Source: Paraspadella gotoi
Taxonomy: Eukaryota > Animalia > Chaetognatha
Direction: 5' to 3'
Assembly (NCBI GenBank): GCA_051294375.1
Contig: CM119263.1
Location: 6,735,645-6,799,644 of the forward strand
Length of the DNA: 64,000 nt
The notes beneath the pieces are model-generated. The model had not been told where the DNA came from. It made no database searches and was given only the letters and a program-made list of their open reading frames with translations. Positions 24,973 through 64,000 of this stretch are shown piece by piece (the stretch's first letter is position 1; each line of letters starts with the position of its first letter). A program made the position numbers and the translations under genes.

Positions 24973-27900
24973 TGGTAAATGGTAAAATAGTATTTATAAG
25001 GTGGTTATATAGTACATACGGATGTCTCGGTGTCGCTTTCAAATTACCTATGTATCGGTAATTCTCAACGGAACAGACATTAAATTATCCCATTTCTCAT
25101 GCCATCATTTAAACAATAACACAAGGTAGATATTTTTCACTTATACAAAAAATTATTTTTGTATACTTACATATTTTTCTTTCTGTGAAATAGCTTCCGA
25201 GCTTAAAGATTCGTTGTTTTCTGATTTGTTAAAAGAGTCTGAGCTAATATTCGTTGTATTGTTGGACGACCAGTTGAACATTATCTTTAATTGCAAAGGT
25301 TACAGATCGAAAATTGAAGGTTCATATTATTTTTCGGAGGAATCGTTACACTGTATGTGGAGAAAGAAACGAATTCAATATGGCGAACACAACGTAGTGT
25401 TTTCCCGGAGCGCTTGCACTTGTGAGGCATCGCGGAAAGCACGCGGATAGTAGTCACGTGATTGCTAGACTATGGAATTAAACTTTCAAAGATGTAGATA
25501 ATGATAATTTAATGATATTTGTTTGTTGTTCCAAATTGCTGTCGCTGTCTAATAATTTTCACATGTCGGGATCTTTAAACGTAGTGCATCCTGGGAAATC
25601 CTCGAAATTGTTCTACTATGGTGATTGTTTGACACGAATTTCATTTGTGGACAGCTTGCTGTCAACGTTACAGGTTATGTAATCGCTTCAGTTCTTGGCA
25701 CGAGATCCAGCTTTGGCTTTTGTTTAAAAACCAAGGGTAGGTAGGAGATTGTCGGTGCTTTTTCGTAAAAAGGTGCATATTTCTTTACTAAAGTTACGTT
25801 AAGGATATATTTCCCGATTTAAAAAGAAATTCCAAACATATTTTCGATTATTTATACTGAATAAAATAATCTAATATCCAGGTACCAAATATACAGAGAC
25901 CAACTATTGTTTGTCGTCAAAGGATGGATTAAAGTAGGAACGGGTGAATTACATAATGAACTGAAATAATGAGTTTCACGTGTTTTAAATAAACCAACCG
26001 AATGTTTCACTTCAATTAGTTAAAATGTTTTACATTTTCATAAGTCGGTTTTAGAATTACCACAAATTTATTTTATCCTCATGTCTGCTTACACTCAAAA
26101 TAAAGTGAGTGCACAATCGAACATTTTTATTAAATTATGCGTTAAATAAAAATTTATAAAATAAAGATCTTCTCAATTCTTGTACTGATTTAATATAAAA
26201 ACGAAGAATCATGTTCTACGCGACGCGACGCGACGCGCCGGCGCTACGTCTTTGCGCTTCGTATCGAGGCCAACGAGCGAAAGAGAGAGAGAGAGAGAGA
26301 ATTTCCTTCTCCGATTTCCTAACGCCCTCGTCGCTGCGACATCGTGCTCTCGCTCTTCGTCGTTTTTCCTTTTCATGACAACTTTCCAAAGTTCATTCTT
26401 GCTCCTTGCATCCTGAGACTCTCCTCTCCTCCAATGTGCGCGGAGATGATCAACCTCGATTTTTTTTTCCTAAGTGCCAATATGATTTTTTTTTTTTAAT
26501 ACTCCTTTTTTCCTTCACACGACATTCCATTCTCGCTGTCTCTCCAATTCGCTTTCTTTCTTTTTATTTCTCGTGTCTCAATCGTGACTGGCCTAAGCCA
26601 AATCCGATACAGTTCTGTTCGGGCATGAAGAGAATATACCGCGACTACTTAAACATTATGCAGATTATCGGCGCTTAATCGATATGATACATCGAAGCTA
26701 ACCGGATCGAAAACCATCTCATGTTTTTACTGGATTACGCTTTTTAATCATTTAATATATGGAGTATGCAAAAAACTACGTTAAATAAATTTAACTTAAA
26801 TTAAACTTCTAAAAGTGAGGAATGAACAACATTGTATAATGAACATCAATGTATAAAAAATTATATTGTAATTATTGCAATTTACGCAGAAGGCTATAGT
26901 AGTAAGTAAAAAATGTTAAAATGGTTTTCATAAAAAAAAAATTTCAGAATTGGATTCGTCATAAGAAATATAACTCTTTTTTAAAAATTGTTTCATTATG
27001 TGGTTCAAAAATTAAAAAACTTATATTTTACACTGATAATTCAATTTTTATATATTAAATATAGTTTTTTAATTTTTAACCTACTTAATAATATAATTTT
27101 TGATAAGCATTACCAATTTTCCATCAAAATTAAGAAAAGCCCATTTAATTTTTTTTTTTTTTATAGATTAGTGTTCACTGGTGGTATGTTGTTCTTAATC
27201 GACTATTATAATTTTCATACGTGATTATTATTATGCTCAATTAAATAATCTTAATCTAATTGTACTAAGTAATATATTAGTGTATATATAATAAATTTAT
27301 TGCATGCAATTTTCGGAGACAATATCGTGGACAATCTCAAAGACTCTAAACTTACCGATGCTTAATATGCCCACAACAATTTCCCTCTAACACAATTTGG
27401 TTTTAATCATTTTTCTGTGTGGAATTGGATAACTTTGGTATTAGATTACTGGGTTCTTTTGCTAAGTTTTTCCTTGCTGAATTTTATTATTAAAACATAA
27501 GGATGAAAGATCGAACAGATATGTGTTGTTTGTGTTAGTATTTTAATTTTCTCTAACTCGTTTTCCCTCCTAATCTGTTTCTTTCTTTTGTTCAAAAATT
27601 ACTTTTCTTTTCTGTAGCCAGTAGTGTTTTGGATCATTATCTTCGATCATTTATGGTTTTTGTAACGCACAAGTTAAGTTTTGTTACGGGAATATTTTTT
27701 TAATGATCATTATGCACATAATATTTACATTTTTCTTTATTAAGGCTCACATGTTCAATTCCACTTTTTATCATAACAACTTTTTGAATACTGTTCGGAA
27801 TACTGTTTGACTTATATACGTAGTCATGTGCAAAAAATTGCGCCACTTTATGTCAGACATTAAAAAAATTCTTATAGACTTAGATTTTTTTTAAAATTTT

Positions 27901-30900
27901 TACAGTAAATTAAAGTCTATTGAAAGATGAAGAGTTTGGCATAAATTTTATAAAAATCAGGCCTTCCGTTTAGGAGCACTGATATTTAAAATATTTTTAT
28001 AAAGCGTCTGGAATTTAAAGTTTTAAAGTGGCGCGTTTTTTTAATATATGTTTGTATTGTTAATCGATCCTAACAGAAAACAAGCTATAAATTAAACCAA
28101 GGCAAAAATTGAACATATAGAACAATATTTATTCTTTTCTTTTCCCCTCTCTAAGAAAATGTCAGAAAATTAAAAATTCGCTCTAAACTGATGTCTTTTA
28201 TGAAATAATGCTATCAACGTTTCGAAATATTTTATAGCAAATAATCAGGAATTTTTCTAAATATCGCATGTTCTTAAAATTCTTTTTTATTGCAAGCCAA
28301 GACCAAAAAGTAAAATTAAATTAAACTACAATTGTTGTTGGAAGTATTTGCTGTAAAAAATACATTGTTTTATTATTGCGTTACTTGAAGCGTTTTAAGC
28401 TTAAGTGATATTAAATTTGTTTTCATTATTAAACTTTTGTATAAAATCTGTCTTTTTTCTCTTTTTCTTTATATTATTTGTTTTTTTTTTTATTTTCCGT
28501 CTTGATGTTGTTTTCGGGTTTTGTCTTCTTATTTTGCTTCTTTTTTATCATTTGAAGTAGAAAAAAATTATCGTCTTTAGCTTTCCTATTTTCTTTTAAT
28601 GTTCTGCTTTTTGTTCTAGGCTCTTTTCAACTTTTTTCGTCAATCCTAAACGTAAGTATTTTTTATTTTGCATGTCGGATAATATATTGGAATGCTGCAT
28701 GATACCTGATCCCAATACGTACTTACGCCTGAACAATAGCTTATTTTCCATTACTTATCTACATACAATTATTATTCTTTGCTAAAAAAATTGTTTAATT
28801 ATTTTGCCGTTGGAATTAATAGTTTTGACTTTGCAGAAGTGGAAGACTAGTGATTTTGTTGTTCAAATTTTTTCGATAACAAAAAATCATAGTCTTCTCC
28901 TTTCTTCTCAGTCCCTTGCATCGCTCGTAAAAAAATTACTACACGAATGGTCACGCATGAAAAATCATCTGCAATATGACATTCTTCACGCCTGCTTATA
29001 ACGAAACGACATTAACCCATTTAATTATGCATGCTGAAATCAATATATTTACATTATGCATACATTATTCTTATACTTTGCTATTCGTTTAGAATGCATT
29101 TTTATAGAAACGATACAAGTTTTATCTTGCTGGCGAGAATTCTCTAATTTGTATCTTTCATCAAGTTAAACTTAGATCTAATTATGGTAACCTAAAAATA
29201 GACTATTGTTATTTATTTGATGCTTTTAGATATTTGGGGTGGGTCGTAAAATTTTATTTGGGAAAACCTCAGACTTTCAGAAAATTTTTCACAAAATTTT
29301 CTAAAGTGGCTCAAAGCACTTGTAATTAATTTGTAATATTTATTTAAAATGTAAAAAAATTATATTTAATTTTGTACTTTTAAAAGCAGATTCGGATAGT
29401 TGTCTACACAAAGTATAATTCTTTTTTAAATATTTTGACCTTAAATAATCACCATCATCATATGATGATTTTAACAGTTTTTGCTAATTTTTGGTAATAA
29501 AACATAAAAATTTTTAAAAGTTGTAATTACATTTTTTGTTTAACTTTATGAGCTTTATCAGAATCAGTAAAAAAACGTAAAATATCGAAAAAACTTTTGA
29601 TATTATATAGCAATATAATAATTAAAATTAGCGAATTACTCATGGTTCAGAACATTTTTTGCAAAAAAAAATATTTTAAGACAAACTAATGAATAATGGA
29701 TTTCTTTAATGCTGTTCCCATTAAAATTTGAATTTGGTCGGCAAGCCCTATTTTAGAGAAAGTCAAAAAATACAAAATTTAAAGATTTAAAGTTAAACCC
29801 TTGCAACTATATTGAATTTTTTATTTAAATTCAACATTTAATTTAAAAATCTATTGTAAAATATTGTTATCGTGTTTTAGCATTCAAACAACGGCGGTGC
29901 ACAGTAAGCTGTGTATATCGCCTTACCTCCTGTTATCCCGCGAGTAAAGTTATCCCGCGACTGTTGCTATTATCTCCTGATTCTTGTATAATTTTGTACT
30001 ATTAAAAGTTACTATTCAGATGTCCAAAGCGGATACACGATTTAAAATATAAATATAAAATTCCTCACTATACGAAACAAGTTGTTTCAGCATGCATAAT
30101 TATGAAGATTGTCGTAAGACATACTAAGCTTCATAGGATTTCAACCCAAAAAAAATCAACCAAAAAAAAAAAAAAAACCGCTGCGAAATTATATCCATTA
30201 CTGAAATCGTTTATTATTAGAATTTACTTATTAAAAACTACTTATGAATTTCGGCTTTTTAATTTTATATTTTAATTTCTTCTTTTTCTTATTTTTTCCA
30301 GATCATATAACCAGAAAAAAAAGCTCTCAGAAGCTTCTGTCCATCTGTGGATTATGGATTCGTGCTTCACTTCGCTTATTTAGCAATTATTTGCTTGCGT
30401 ATTTTATGAATTAAAAGTACTTTTAATTTATAAGATAGATAATTATATATTGTTTAATATTACTGCGTTATGAATTTTGTGTTTCTTATTGTTAAATCAA
30501 GAGATTATTATTATTATTATTATTATAGCTTGGTATTCATTTGATTTTCTATGCGGACAAATTTTTCTAGTAATATAAAAGTAAATTTGTTTTAAAACTT
30601 GTATTTTTATTATCAACCAGTGCGATAGTTAACTTATATGAACAAATCATTAGCTAGTTGCTCTCCTCAAAGAAATAATGATGTGCACAATACCACAATG
30701 CCAGTTTCTTCAATTGTGTCAGACGTCTCAAATGAGAGCAACATCCTTACTCCTCAGGCTGAAGAATATTTCTATTTTTCTTTCTCCATTTCTTATCGGC
30801 GAAGGCTCACCAGATATTCCTTAACAACGGATAGACAACAGAGCTGTTGCTAGGAATTAAAGAGCGAAGGATCATACACTCAACAAAACATTTTTTTACT

Positions 30901-31456
30901 TTCCACTTAAAGCAAAAAGCTCTACTTTTCAAAACATTGTTTATGCTAAATTTGAGCTTTCGCGCAAACAATGCTCTAAAGGACCTGTTTATAATCTAGC
31001 GATAAGTTAACGCCATAATTATTTTTTTCTCCTAGAAGTTTCTCGTTCAATTCTGATTATTCACACGTAGACCAATTAGTGTTTCTTCTAATCGTATTTT
31101 TTTCTCGGAAAAAACGAAACGGACCATCGATGAAGTTCATGTTGACCTTTGTTTTTTCGTCCAAGATGTACCACGTTTTTTGAAGCGGGTTAACCGCACG
31201 CTCGTTCTACTGGTAAGGTCGAGGAGAAGCTTGTGATTTTGATAACCTGAAGCATCGGGGAACTTATGCCGCCTGTGATAAATACGCTATTTCAGTTCGT
31301 TCTTTCCAAGTATTATTTGCGAAATACCATGGGAAAAAGTATATTTCGGAGAAATCTGAAGTCAATTTTTCCGGTCGAGTCAACAGAGTTTCTTTACAGT
31401 TTCGTCGACTGGTTCGACGCTAAAAGTTTTCTCGCGATTCAAAAAGAAGAGAGACG

Positions 31457-64000
<32,544 letters not shown>

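Overview
Eukaryotic (invertebrate animal) genomic DNA with spliceosomal introns. The left ~25 kb is gene-dense with mostly ~55-110 nt introns. It holds the 3' end of a Ser/Pro-rich gene, an uncharacterised gene, a polypeptide GalNAc-transferase, an SH3-like protein, PTPA followed only 57 nt later by SUCLG2, a PDGF/VEGF factor and a TPD52-family gene. From 31457 to the window end lies a ~70-intron outer-arm axonemal dynein heavy chain (DNAH9/11/17 clade) with microsatellite-rich introns, six GC-AG introns and two lineage-specific insertions built from small exons. The most notable signal is five dispersed 234-257 bp elements from three sequence-divergent families. They have 4-bp target-site duplications, LTR-like termini and tRNA-like Pol III boxes. 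Each carries a circularly permuted (type-P5) twister ribozyme fold whose T1 pseudoknot covaries between families. They look like solo LTRs of a twister-ribozyme, retrozyme-like non-autonomous retroelement. All gene models and RNA folds were read by eye; no database search or folding program was run.
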